Assembly: GCA_965248735.1 (NCBI GenBank)
Contig: OZ252146.1
Location: forward strand, 4,120,756-4,184,755
Length of the DNA stretch: 64,000 nucleotides
Direction: 5' to 3'
Source: Candidatus Aldehydirespirator sp.
Lineage (GTDB): Bacteria; Actinomycetota; Acidimicrobiia; Acidimicrobiales; Aldehydirespiratoraceae
Part shown: positions 31,805-41,248 of the stretch, piece after piece
Numbering within the stretch: the first letter of the stretch is position 1
Layout of the letters: the number at the start of each line of letters is the position of its first letter
Notes under the pieces: generated by a model
Database searches by the model: none
Told to the model about the DNA's origin: nothing
Seen by the model: only the letters and a program-made list of their open reading frames with translations
Made by a program: the position numbers and the translations under genes

Positions 31805-34047
31805 TCGCGGGCCCGGACGATGAAGGTGGCCGCCTGACCCCGCGTGACGAGATCGTCGGGGCAGAATCGGTCGGATCCGGCCCGGCAGCCCAGGGTGATG
31901 CCCGCGGCGGTGACGGCGTCGATGCTGGCCGCGTGCGAGCTCTGACTGTCGACGTCGACGAACCCGGAGGGCGTGTCGGACTGCAGATCGAAGGCCCGAG
32001 CGAGCAGGCTCGCCATCTGGGCCCTGGTCACCGTGTTCTGGGGACAGAATCTGGCGGGACTGCGGGAACAGCCCGTAGTGATGCCGAGCTCGGCGAGGCG
32101 CTCGACGTGCGTCGCCCACTGCAGGCCGGGATGCACATCTTCGAACCGGTTGTAGCCGAGCGGTTCGGGGTCGTCGCCGTCGAGCACGCGCACGAGCCAG
32201 ATGGCGACCACCCAGCGCTCGATCGCCAGACCGGGGCAGATGAGGTCCAGTCCGCACTCGGTGTTTTCCAGGATCGCGTTCGCGGCCAGCAGGCTCAGGT
32301 TCCAGCCGTGGATCGAGCCCGCCGCGTTGATGTCCCAGAAGAAGCTGTCCGGCGAGTCTCCCCGCTGTTCGTCGCCACCGTGAATCCTCAGCCCGGCCAC
32401 GATCAGGTCGCGCAGGGGCGAGAAGTCCCTGATGAGGTTGCCGGCCACGTACAGGTCTTCGAGGGCATCCAGGCTCGACAGCGCCGAGACGTCGCTGACA
32501 ATGTTGTCTTCGAGCCTTAGCTCGGTAAGCCGTACCAAGGGCGCCAGCGACAACACACCCGTGATCGAGTTGCCGCTCAAGTCGAGTTTCTCCAGCGACG
32601 ACAGCCTCGCAAGGTTGGACAAGTCCGCGCCGGTGAGGCCCATGTCCGTCAGCCCCAACTCGGTCAGGCCGGTCAGACCGGCCACCTGGGACGGGCCCGA
32701 GATCTGGCCGCCGCTCACGTAGAGCTTCCGCAGGCCGGGTCGCGACGACACCGGAACCGGTGCCGCCAGGGGATTGCCGGCCAGCCTGAGATCGGTGAGG
32801 AAGCGGGGCAGCTGTCCGAGGCTTGTGATCTGGTTCTGATAGGCGGGGTCGGGACTGCTGCCGGGCGAGGTCGAGCCGTTGTCGAGCCAGAGGACCGCCA
32901 GCTGAGTCAGCGTGCTCACATCCACCGCGGTGAGCCGGTTGTCGCTCAGGTAGAGCTGGCGGAGGCCCGTCAGCCCGGACAGGTCGATCGACGAGAGACG
33001 GTTCGTCCTCAGGTTGAGGGAGATGAGGGTGTCGCCGATGTCTCGCAGCCCTGTGATCCCGGCTATGCGGTTCCCCCTCAGCCAGAGCCGCTGGATGCTG
33101 TCCAGTCCGGTGACATCGACCGACATGAGGTTGTTGTCGTTGAGGAATGCCCTCTCCAGCCGTGAGAACGGGGAAAGGTCGATGGACGAGATGTCCGTCT
33201 CGTACAGGTGGAGCCGCCGGAGGTTGGTGAGCGCTGACAAGCCGGGGAGATCGGCGGTGCTTGAGAGCGGGTTGTTGTTCAGGTACAGGTAGTGGAGATG
33301 CTCGGCGCCCCTGAGATCGACCGAGGTCAGCCGGTTGTTCTCCAGCCTCAGACTCCAGGTGCCGGGCCGGAGGTCACTGAGCCCCATGACGCTCGTCAGC
33401 TGGTTGCGGTCCAGCCGCAGGCTCACATAGTTCGGGTGGGAAGTGCCGTCGGTTCGGTCTCGTAGGGCGGTCAGGCCGGAGAGGTCGATCGACGTCAGGC
33501 GATTGTTGTGCAGCCACAGCGCGTACAGCCTGCTGTCTCGAGCGTTCTCACCGACCCTGGTTCTCTGGCCGGAGAGATCGACGGTGGCTAGGTCGTTGTT
33601 GCCGAGATCGAGGAACCTCAGATCCGTCATTGCGGTGAGATCGATCTCCGGGATGTCGTTGCTGTGCAGCACGAGCACCTGCATCCTGGCCAGGTTCGCA
33701 AGACTCGACGCGTCCGAGATGCGGTTGCCCTGCAGGTACAGGGCGCGCATGTTGACCGCGTGCTGCAGGCCGTCGAGTTGTCCGACGCCCGAATAGCGGG
33801 CGTCCACAACCGTCAGCCGGGCCATGTCGCCTTCGGTGATCGCCTCGCCGGACTGCTTGCCGAGGGCCCCCTCGATGGCGCTGCGGAGGCTCGCGTCGGG
33901 AATCGAGATCGCAGCGGGCTGGGCGGCCGCTCCCGGCGCCAGTGCGACCGCCACGAGGGCCAGGACGGCCGCAGCGGCCGCGATCCTCACGGCTGCGCCA
34001 CACAGGATGGAACCGAGAGCAGGCGCGCGTGGACGGGTTCGGCCCAT
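31780..34047 (-). CDS. Secreted leucine-rich-repeat (internalin-like) protein with C-terminal SLH domains
   Basis: Signal peptide; many LxxLxLxxNxL repeats; SLH motifs (GITTGC...FCPQNTVTRAQMAS, FCPDDLVTRGQAA). Confidence 0.88.
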   Translation of the reverse strand: MGRTRPRAPALGSILCGAAVRIAAAAAVLALVAVALAPGAAAQPAAISIPDASLRSAIEGALGKQSGEAITEGDMARLTVVDARYSGVGQLDGLQHAVNMRALYLQGNRISDASSLANLARMQVLVLHSNDIPEIDLTAMTDLRFLDLGNNDLATVDLSGQRTRVGENARDSRLYALWLHNNRLTSIDLSGLTALRDRTDGTSHPNYVSLRLDRNQLTSVMGLSDLRPGTWSLRLENNRLTSVDLRGAEHLHYLYLNNNPLSSTADLPGLSALTNLRRLHLYETDISSIDLSPFSRLERAFLNDNNLMSVDVTGLDSIQRLWLRGNRIAGITGLRDIGDTLISLNLRTNRLSSIDLSGLTGLRQLYLSDNRLTAVDVSTLTQLAVLWLDNGSTSPGSSPDPAYQNQITSLGQLPRFLTDLRLAGNPLAAPVPVSSRPGLRKLYVSGGQISGPSQVAGLTGLTELGLTDMGLTGADLSNLARLSSLEKLDLSGNSITGVLSLAPLVRLTELRLEDNIVSDVSALSSLDALEDLYVAGNLIRDFSPLRDLIVAGLRIHGGDEQRGDSPDSFFWDINAAGSIHGWNLSLLAANAILENTECGLDLICPGLAIERWVVAIWLVRVLDGDDPEPLGYNRFEDVHPGLQWATHVERLAELGITTGCSRSPARFCPQNTVTRAQMASLLARAFDLQSDTPSGFVDVDSQSSHAASIDAVTAAGITLGCRAGSDRFCPDDLVTRGQAATFIVRARDYVDSASG

Positions 34048-34179
34048 TCAGACTTCCTTGGTCGAGGCGGCCGCGCTCGGCTCGCCGGCTCGGAAGGTAG
34101 CAAGGGCTGGGGTGTCCGTAAAGCGAACGGGACGACCCGACGCCGGCGGGGCGTGCCTAGAGAATGCCCTCTTGCCCGA

Positions 34180-34518
34180 TCAGCGGAAGCGGCGCATGGC
34201 GTCGAGGGCACGCTCCTCGGCCACGCGCTTGCGGCCCACGATCGGCGTCGTGGGCGCGAATCCGGCCTCGGCCCGCTCCGACTCGCTCTCGCCTCCCCAG
34301 AAGCCGAGCTCGCGGTTCCTGCGGGCATAGTCCCGGCATGCGAGCAGCACAACGCACTTGTCGCAGATCGACCGGGCCCGGGCCTCTCGGCGGACCCTCG
34401 CCTCGGGCCGCTCGGCGAACGGAGCGAAGAACAGGTCGCTCTCACCCATGCAGCGCCCCTGCTCCATCCAGGCCGTGGAGCCCATGGGGGCTACGTCGGT
34501 CTCGTATAACTCGAGCAT
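34180..34518 (-). CDS. WhiB family transcriptional regulator
   Basis: C-x(n)-CDKC-x5-C Fe-S ligands and GFWGG turn. Confidence 0.92.
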   Translation of the reverse strand: MLELYETDVAPMGSTAWMEQGRCMGESDLFFAPFAERPEARVRREARARSICDKCVVLLACRDYARRNRELGFWGGESESERAEAGFAPTTPIVGRKRVAEERALDAMRRFR

Positions 34519-34547
34519 CGGTATACAATCTAGCAGCGGTATACAAT
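34515..34547. promoter_or_regulatory. Tandem 15-bp direct repeat (18-bp period) at the whiB start
   Basis: GCATCGGTATACAAT (34515-34529) and GCAGCGGTATACAAT (34533-34547). Confidence 0.65.
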
Positions 34548-34599
34548 TTCGTCAAAATTGAAGATGAACGGCAAGTCAAGTGCTTCGGGAAGAGCGGGC

Positions 34600-35841
34600 C
34601 TAGCCGGCTTCGGTGCCTCCCACCACTCCGAGATCGTGCAAGCTGCCGATCTCACCGGCTGAGAGTCCCAGCCATCCGGCCAGCACCTCGTCGGTGTTCT
34701 GGCCCAGAACGGGCGCCACCGCAGCGTCGCGGGGCGCGGCGGAGTCCGGCCCGTGTGCGCCCGCGAGAGTCAGCGGCGATCCCGGCACCAGGTATGGGCC
34801 TATGCCGGGCTGGTTCACCTCGCGGAACAGTCCCCCGCCCGGCGAGCAGCGCGGGTCGCTCTCGACGAGCTCGGTGAAAGTCTGGTACGGCCCCCAGCAC
34901 ACTCCGAACGCGTCGAGGCGCTCGGCCGCCTCCGCGAAGGACCGCTGGCCGGCCCAGGCCTGCATCACCGCCTTGATCTCGTGGCGGGCTTCGAAGCGAT
35001 CGCCCTCATCGTCGAAGTCGAGGCCGCGAGCCTCGGAGATCTCCGCGACCGCGTCGACGCTCTCGGTGGCCTCCAGCAGCGAGGCCCACTGCCGGCCGCT
35101 GATGCCCACCGCGTAGAGACGCCGCCCGTCGGCCGTCGACAGCTCCGCGCCGAACGCGCCGTACAGGTCGTTGCCGCAGCGGGGCCGGACCGCGCCGTTG
35201 ACCTGGACCTCGGCGATGTACCCCAGCGCAGCCGTCGCCGCCAGGGCCACGTCGCTCAGGGCGAGCATCATCACCGACCCCTCCCCGGTGAGCAGCCGGC
35301 GGCGCTCCGCGGCCAGTATCCCCACCGCAGCCGTCTGCCCGCACAGCAGGTCCCAGGCCGGCAGCACGGTGTTGACGGGATCGTGGTGGTCGGCGGGACC
35401 GGTCACCATCGGGAACCCCAGCGCCGCGTTGACCGTGTAGTCCACCGCGGTGGTGCCGTCCCGGTTGCCTGTGATCGCCAACATCACCAGGTCGGACCGC
35501 CGGGCAGTGAGCCGATCCGGCGCCATCCAGCCCCGGGCCGGGAAGTTGGTGAGGAAGGTGCCCGCGGCGCCGACCAGCTCGGTGAGCAGCTCGTGGGCGG
35601 CCGGATCGCGCAGGTTGACGGCCAGCGACTTCTTGCCCTTGTTCAACCCGGCCCAGTACAGCGAGCGCCCCTCGGCGGTGAGGGGCCAGCGGCCGTAGTC
35701 GATGCCCCCGCCGAGGGGGTCGAAGCGCACCACCTCGGCTCCCAACTGGGCCAGCGTCATGCCCCCGGAGGGCGCGGCCACGAACGCCGAGCCTTCGACG
35801 ACTCGCAGACCGTCGAGCGGAGCATCGCCAATCACGCCCAC
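34600..35841 (-). CDS. CaiB/BaiF family III CoA transferase, mesaconyl-CoA (2-methylfumaryl-CoA) isomerase-like
   Basis: VEGSAFVAAPSGGMTLAQLGA, WAGLNKGKKS, AVDYTVNA, PAWDL motifs; start estimated. Confidence 0.8.
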   Translation of the reverse strand: MGVIGDAPLDGLRVVEGSAFVAAPSGGMTLAQLGAEVVRFDPLGGGIDYGRWPLTAEGRSLYWAGLNKGKKSLAVNLRDPAAHELLTELVGAAGTFLTNFPARGWMAPDRLTARRSDLVMLAITGNRDGTTAVDYTVNAALGFPMVTGPADHHDPVNTVLPAWDLLCGQTAAVGILAAERRRLLTGEGSVMMLALSDVALAATAALGYIAEVQVNGAVRPRCGNDLYGAFGAELSTADGRRLYAVGISGRQWASLLEATESVDAVAEISEARGLDFDDEGDRFEARHEIKAVMQAWAGQRSFAEAAERLDAFGVCWGPYQTFTELVESDPRCSPGGGLFREVNQPGIGPYLVPGSPLTLAGAHGPDSAAPRDAAVAPVLGQNTDEVLAGWLGLSAGEIGSLHDLGVVGGTEAG

Positions 35842-35941
35842 GAACCTAGAGCGAGCGCAAACTGGTTGCGAGCGCCTGGCGGTGAAGCGTTGTCTCTCGC
35901 CACACGGCGCCATCGGCCGGCGGCGCGGGCACACTGGCCGC

Positions 35942-36694
35942 GTGATCGAGAGCGTGCCGTGCATGCTCATGCGCGGCGGAACGTCCAAGGGCGCCTACTT
36001 CCGCAGCCGGGACCGGCCCGCCGATCCCGCCCAGCGCGACGACCTCATCCTGCGCATCGTCGGTTCTCCGGACCCCCGCCAGATCGACGGCATCGGCGGG
36101 GCCCACGTGCTCACCACCAAGGTGGCTGTGGTCGGTCCGGCAGCCGGGCCAGGCGCCGCCGTGGACTACCTGTTCCTTCAGCCCTCGGTGGACGAGCCCC
36201 TCGTCAGCGATGCCCAGAACTGCGGCAACATGCTGGCCGGCGTGGGGCCGTTCGCGGTGGAGCGGTCCATGATCGCGCCTGGCGGGGCCGAGGCGAGGGT
36301 GCGCATCCACATGGTGAACACCGGATCGGTGGCGACCGCGACGTTCCCGCTGCGCGACGGTATGCCCGACTACGCGGGCCGCGCCGCCCGATTCAACTTC
36401 GTCAGGCACTTGGGGGGCGGCGACCTGGGGGCCTTCGAGCGCACGGCCCGCAGGGTGGCGCCTCGGGGCTGGCACATGGTGGTGCACCTCGATGCGGCCG
36501 ATCTGGGGGACTTCGCCGGGGTGCTGCTCAGCCTGCCGTGCCCGTTCATCATCGACCACATGGCCCGCGTGCCTGCGGCCGGCGGACTCTCCCAGCCGGC
36601 GTTCGCCGCGCTGCTGGACCTGATGGAAGACGACAGGGCCTGGGTGAAGATCTCCGGCGCGGAGCGGCTCACCGCCGGGGCGCGTCCGCCCTAG
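35942..36694 (+). pseudogene. Chimera: 4-oxalomesaconate tautomerase (PrpF/LigU-like) N-terminus fused to an internal part of 2-pyrone-4,6-dicarboxylate lactonase (LigI-like)
   Basis: MRGGTSKG...NCGNMLAGVGPFA (PrpF family) switches near 36388 to RFNFV...IIDHMAR...WVKISGAER (LigI amidohydrolase) and stops early. Confidence 0.75.
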
Positions 36695-37021
36695 CGCGAC
36701 GTCGGCCAGCTCGACCGCGTCGGCGAGGTTATCGGCCATGGGAATCTCCACCAGCACGTGCCGGCCGGCCCGGAGCACCTCAATGGCCTGCGCGGCGTGC
36801 AGATGCGTGGGAGTGGCCAGGATGGCGGCCTCGACGCCAGGCTGGGCCAGACACTCGCCGAGCTCCAGCGACCAGTGGCCGATCCCGTGCTCGGCCGCCA
36901 AGGCCTCGGTGTCGGCCTCGATGCCTCCGGCCAGCGAGACGATCTCCACTCCGTCGATGCGGCCTACGGCAGCCAGATGGCGCCGCGCGATGGCGCCCTC
37001 GCCGGCCAGCGCCACCCTCAC
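36695..37021 (-). pseudogene. 5' fragment of a Gfo/Idh/MocA dehydrogenase (LigC-like)
   Basis: VALAGEGAIARRH, ILATPTHLH, HVLVEIPMAD; sequence changes to antisense LigI after about 108 codons; GGAGG RBS. Confidence 0.75.
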
Positions 37022-37091
37022 GACCGGTCCTCCATTCTGGTTCCCGTACGCATCCGGGCGAGGCTAGACCCGGGCCTGGCCGGACACCGTT

Positions 37092-37802
37092 CTAGCCGGC
37101 CGGATCATCGAGGGTGTCCGCCCAGTCGACGCCCATCTCGACGAGCTTCTGGCGGAGGCCGTACATGTCAAGACCCAGCTCGCCGTCAGCGAGTCGGGCC
37201 CGGGCGTCCTCCTCGTTGGCCAGCCGCTGGCGGGACATATCCAGCGCCCAGGCTGCCTCCGAGCAGGCCACCACGACCACGCCGTCGTCGTCGGCGCACA
37301 CGACGTCGCCAGGGCTGACGGTCTGTCCGCCGATCACGACCGGCACGTTCACCGAGCCCGGTGTGGCCTTGACCGTGCCCTGGCAGGAAACGTGCCGGCT
37401 CCACGCCGCGAAGCCCATGGCCCGCAGCTCGGCGGTGTCGCGCACGCCCGCGTCCATCACTAGGCCCCGCACCCCCCGAGCCTGAAGCGACGTGGCCAGC
37501 AGCTCCCCGAAGAAGCCGTGCGTCGAGGGCGCGGTCACAGCCACGACGAGGATGTCGCCGGGCTGGCAGGTCTCAACCGCCGCGTGGATCATCAGATTGT
37601 CGCCGGGATGGCACAGCGCGGTCACCGCCGAGCCCGCGGTGCGGGTGCCGGACTGGATGGGACGGATGTCGGGACCGAGGAAGCCCCGCCGGCCAATGGA
37701 CTCGTGCACGGTGGCCGAGCCCAGCGGCGCCAGGGCGTCGACGATCGACGGATCGGGGCGTTCCACTGTGCGCACCACCACCGGGCGGCCGCGGCTACTC
37801 AT
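37092..37802 (-). CDS. ligK: 4-carboxy-4-hydroxy-2-oxoadipate / HMG aldolase (RraA family)
   Basis: ATVHE, PGDNLMIHAA, GFFGELL, MDAGVRD, GDVVCADDDGVV; ATG 37802 overlaps the ligJ stop. Confidence 0.9.
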   Translation of the reverse strand: MSSRGRPVVVRTVERPDPSIVDALAPLGSATVHESIGRRGFLGPDIRPIQSGTRTAGSAVTALCHPGDNLMIHAAVETCQPGDILVVAVTAPSTHGFFGELLATSLQARGVRGLVMDAGVRDTAELRAMGFAAWSRHVSCQGTVKATPGSVNVPVVIGGQTVSPGDVVCADDDGVVVVACSEAAWALDMSRQRLANEEDARARLADGELGLDMYGLRQKLVEMGVDWADTLDDPAG

Positions 37803-38728
37803 TGCTGCACCTCCAGTCGGGGATAGACCTGCCGGGCGTTGCCCTCGAAGATCTTGGCCCGAGCCTTGTCGTCGAGGGCCGCTTTGTCGATGTAGCGCCG
37901 GGCGTCGTCGTAGTGGTGGCCGGTGGTGGGATCGATGCCGCGCACCGCGCCCACCATCTCCGATGCGAACAGTACGTTGTCCGCGGGCACCACGTCGACG
38001 AGCAGATCGATGCCGCGCTGGTGGTACACGCAGGTGTCGAACCAGATGTGCTCCAGCAGCCCGTCGAAGTCCCAGCCGGAGTCCTGGGCCATCCCCACAA
38101 ACCGACCCCAGTGATAGGGCACCGCTCCCCCGCCGTGGGGGATCACCCAGCGCAGCCCCTCGAAGTCGGCGAGGAACCCCGAGGTGAGCGCCTGCATGAA
38201 TGCGGTCGTGTCGGCGCCCAGGTAGTGCGAGCCGGTGGTGTGGAAGTTCTCGTTGCAGGAGGCGCTCACATGGATCATGGCGGGCACGTCGAGCTCGCAC
38301 ATCGCCTCCCACAGCGGCCACCAGTGCCGGTCCCACAACGGCGGCCCGCTCCAGTGCCCGCCGCTGGGGTCGGGATTGACGTTGCACGCGATGAAGCCCA
38401 TCTCCTCGGTGCAGCGTCGCAACTCGCACACTGAGGCGTCGATGGGTGCGCCTGGAGACTGGGGCAGCTGGGCGAGCGGGGCGAAGTTGTTGGGGTACAG
38501 GTCGCACACCCGCCGGATCAGCTCGTTCTGGTGCTGGGACCAGAACTTGGAGGTGTGCTCGTTGCCGATGTGGTGGCCCATCCAGCTGGCCCGGGGCGAG
38601 AAGATCGTCAGGTCGGTGCCCCGCTCGCGCTGGAAGGCGAGCTGGGCGCCCTCCAGGCTCTCGCGGATCTCGTCATCGCTCACCGCGATCTCGCCCTTCG
38701 ACCCCACATGGCGGGGATCGGCCGCCAC
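37799..38728 (-). pseudogene. ligJ: 4-oxalomesaconate hydratase, 5' truncated
   Basis: SDDEIRES, TIFSPRASWMGHHIG, NPDPSGGHW, PHGGGAVPYHWGR, FASEMVGAVRG; the N-terminal HxH motif is absent. Confidence 0.8.
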
Positions 38729-38955
38729 CCGACTTCGACGAGGCCTTCATCGAGTGCCTCATCGCGGACCCGGCCCGGCAGGCCGCGATGGACCACACGA
38801 CGTACATACGCGAGGCGGGCGCCGAGGGCGTGGAGCTGGTGATGTGGCTGGTGATGCGGGGCGCCCTCGACAACGAGGTGCGCGAGGTGTACCGCATGCA
38901 CCATGTCCCCACGTCCAACACCAGCAACGGCCTGCTCATCCTCGAGAACGCCTGA
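38729..38955 (+). pseudogene. ligB: 3' fragment of protocatechuate 4,5-dioxygenase beta subunit
   Basis: PDFDEAF...YIREAGAEGVELVMWLVMRGAL...HHVPTSNT; no 5' part and no ligA. Confidence 0.8.
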
Positions 38956-39117
38956 GAATCGCTGCCACTGCCGATGGCCGTTTGACGTGGCGACAGCTGC
39001 AAACTCGCCATCGAGCCGGCGAGCGTCCACCACATCGGAGACCGCCGGGGTGTGGGCTGCTAGGCGAGTGGACGGGCAGGCGCAAGTAGTGGCAGAGTCT
39101 CGACCCCACATCTGGCT

Positions 39118-40362
39118 ATGACAGACAGGAGAGATGTGATGGGTGAGCTCAGTTCAGCCGCGGATGCGGTATTGGATGGCGTTGTCTCGGGATCGCCGCG
39201 CGTGCCCGGCGTTGCCGCCATTGCCACCGACCGTAACGGCGTCATCTACAAGGGCGCTCGGGGCGAGCGCGTTCTCGGGGGAGACTCCTTCACCACCGAC
39301 ACGGTGTGTGCGATCTTCTCGACCACCAAGGCCCTCGGCGGCACCGCCTGCCTGCAGCTAGTCGAACAGGGCGATCTAGACCTGGACGCCCCGGCGAAGG
39401 AGTACATACCGAGGATCGGTGGGCTCCAAGTGATCGAGGGGTTCGACGACGATGGAGCACCCAGACTGCGCCCGCCCAAGAGCGACATCACGACCCGCCA
39501 GCTGCTCACCCACACCGCGGGGCTCTCGTACGACTTCTTCAACGAGACGTACACGAGGTTGGCCAACGAGCAGGGTCAGCCGTGGGTGGTGGACGCCTCA
39601 TACGCCTCCATCGAGACGCCCCTGCTCTTCGACCCGGGCGAGCGGTGGGACTACGGCTCCAACATCGACTGGGCCGGTCAGGTCGTGGAGGGCATTACCG
39701 GCAAGCGGCTGGGCGAAGTGCTCGCGGAGCGGGTGCTGGGCCCGCTGGGCATGGACTCGACTGCTTTCTCGATGACTCCGTCGATGCGTGAGCGCCTAGC
39801 GACGATCCACGCACGCGAGGACGCCGACGGGTCGCTCGTGCCGCTGCCCGGGGTGGAACTGCCGCCCGACCCGGAGGTTCACATGGCCGGCCACGGCCTC
39901 TACGGCACGGTGGAGGACTACGCGAAGTTCATCCGCATGTGGCTCAACGACGGAGCCGGCCCCGACGGCGAGCAGATCCTCAAGCCCGAGACCGTCGAGA
40001 TGGCGTCGCGAAACCACCTGCCCGAGGGCATGTTCATCAAGATGCTGCCCGGCGTCGGCGCCACCGAGGTGGCAAAGTCGGTTCTTCCCGTATCGAATCC
40101 GCGCCTGTCCAACGACGCCGAATTCTTCCCAGGAATGCCGAAGACTTGGGCGCTGACCTTCATGATCAACGAGGAGGATGCTCCCACCGGTCGGCCTGCA
40201 GGCGCGCTGGCATGGGCGGGGCTCGCCAACTTGTACTTCTGGATCGACCGAGCCAACGGAGTAGGCGGCTACTGGGCCACCCAGGTGTTCCCCTTCGCCG
40301 ACCCCACTTCGGTGGTCGGGTTCCTCGACTTCGAGAAGGCGGTCTACGACAACGCCGTCTAG
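39118..40362 (+). CDS. Serine hydrolase (beta-lactamase family esterase)
   Basis: FSTTK (SxxK), [23 protein letters not shown] motifs. Confidence 0.9.
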   Translation: MTDRRDVMGELSSAADAVLDGVVSGSPRVPGVAAIATDRNGVIYKGARGERVLGGDSFTTDTVCAIFSTTKALGGTACLQLVEQGDLDLDAPAKEYIPRIGGLQVIEGFDDDGAPRLRPPKSDITTRQLLTHTAGLSYDFFNETYTRLANEQGQPWVVDASYASIETPLLFDPGERWDYGSNIDWAGQVVEGITGKRLGEVLAERVLGPLGMDSTAFSMTPSMRERLATIHAREDADGSLVPLPGVELPPDPEVHMAGHGLYGTVEDYAKFIRMWLNDGAGPDGEQILKPETVEMASRNHLPEGMFIKMLPGVGATEVAKSVLPVSNPRLSNDAEFFPGMPKTWALTFMINEEDAPTGRPAGALAWAGLANLYFWIDRANGVGGYWATQVFPFADPTSVVGFLDFEKAVYDNAV

Positions 40363-40422
40363 ACCGGCGTGGCCCCAGCGCGGCGGGTCTTCCTGCTGTT
40401 GTCGGGGGCGGATTGGAGCCCG

Positions 40423-40893
40423 TCAGGATCGGGCTGCGATGTCGGCCAGGACTTGGGCCGCATGGCTGGCGAGGTCCTGACCAGCGAGGTCGTAGGCCAC
40501 CGCGATCCGGCCCTCGGGGTCGATCAGGTAGCTGATGCGGCGGGGCACGCCCCAGTCGTAGTAGTCCTCCCCCGGCTCGCGCTCCGCGTGGTAGAGGCGG
40601 CCGATCGACTTGTCCGCATCGCTGATCAGCGCGTAGTCGAAACCCTCGGTGTCGGCAAAGGTCCGCTGCTCTTCGACGGTGTCGAAGGATGCACCGATCA
40701 CCACCGCTCCGGCCGCCTCGAACTGCGGGGCTCGATCACGGAACCCCCTGCCCTCCTTCGTTCAACCGGCGGTCGAGGCCTTCGGATACCACCACAGCAC
40801 CACCCAGCTGCCCCGGTGGTCCGCGAGTCGCACGGGGTTGCCGTGCTGGTCGGGCGACTCGAAGTCGGGAGCCTGCGAGTTCACATCGAGCAT
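40423..40893 (-). CDS. BCP/PrxQ peroxiredoxin, probable selenoprotein (in-frame TGA at codon 44)
   Basis: MLDVNSQAPDF...WYPKASTAG-TGA-TKEG...GASFD...RISYLIDPEG. The TGA (40764-40762) aligns to the peroxidatic Cys of YPKxxTxGC; the protein has no Cys. Confidence 0.85.
40727..40747 (-). promoter_or_regulatory. Candidate bacterial SECIS hairpin
   Basis: GGGGUUC-cGUGAUC-GAGCCCC 7-bp stem (one G-U); loop begins 21 nt after the UGA and has G at loop position 2. Confidence 0.6.
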
Positions 40894-41007
40894 GGCCCGG
40901 AAACTACCCGAGCGCGCCGACGCTCCACCTACTGAGCGCTCATGCTGGCTTGCTTCACTTGAGGCAGCGCATACAGGTGCGACCGTCGTCGCGGTGAAGC
41001 GTCAGGT

Positions 41008-41206
41008 TTCCCGCTCTTGTTCGCTGCGCTCACGGGCCGCTCAGGCCTACTCGCCGAAATTAGTAGAGAAACTCGTCATATAGGAGCAATACCCGTGCAG
41101 ATTTGATGCGAGGTTGACACAAGGGCTACTCACGGGCCGCTCCGGCCACGGCCTCGCTCCGCGCCTGGTGCGATTCCTTACGAACTGCGACCATCCGCTC
41201 GGCCTC
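41008..41206. repeat. Dispersed REP-like intergenic element, copies 2 and 3 around an AT-rich spacer
   Basis: 41008-41047 and 41129-41206 match 25005-25103. Confidence 0.8.
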
Positions 41207-41248
41207 CGGGCCGGGGGCGGACAGGCTCCGGGTTAGGGTGATTTGCCG

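Noticed and set aside
34753-37095. 780-aa plus-strand ORF and the 391-aa ORF 35846-37021
   Set aside because: Shadow or chimeric frames; only 36695-37021 of the latter is a real LigC-like fragment.
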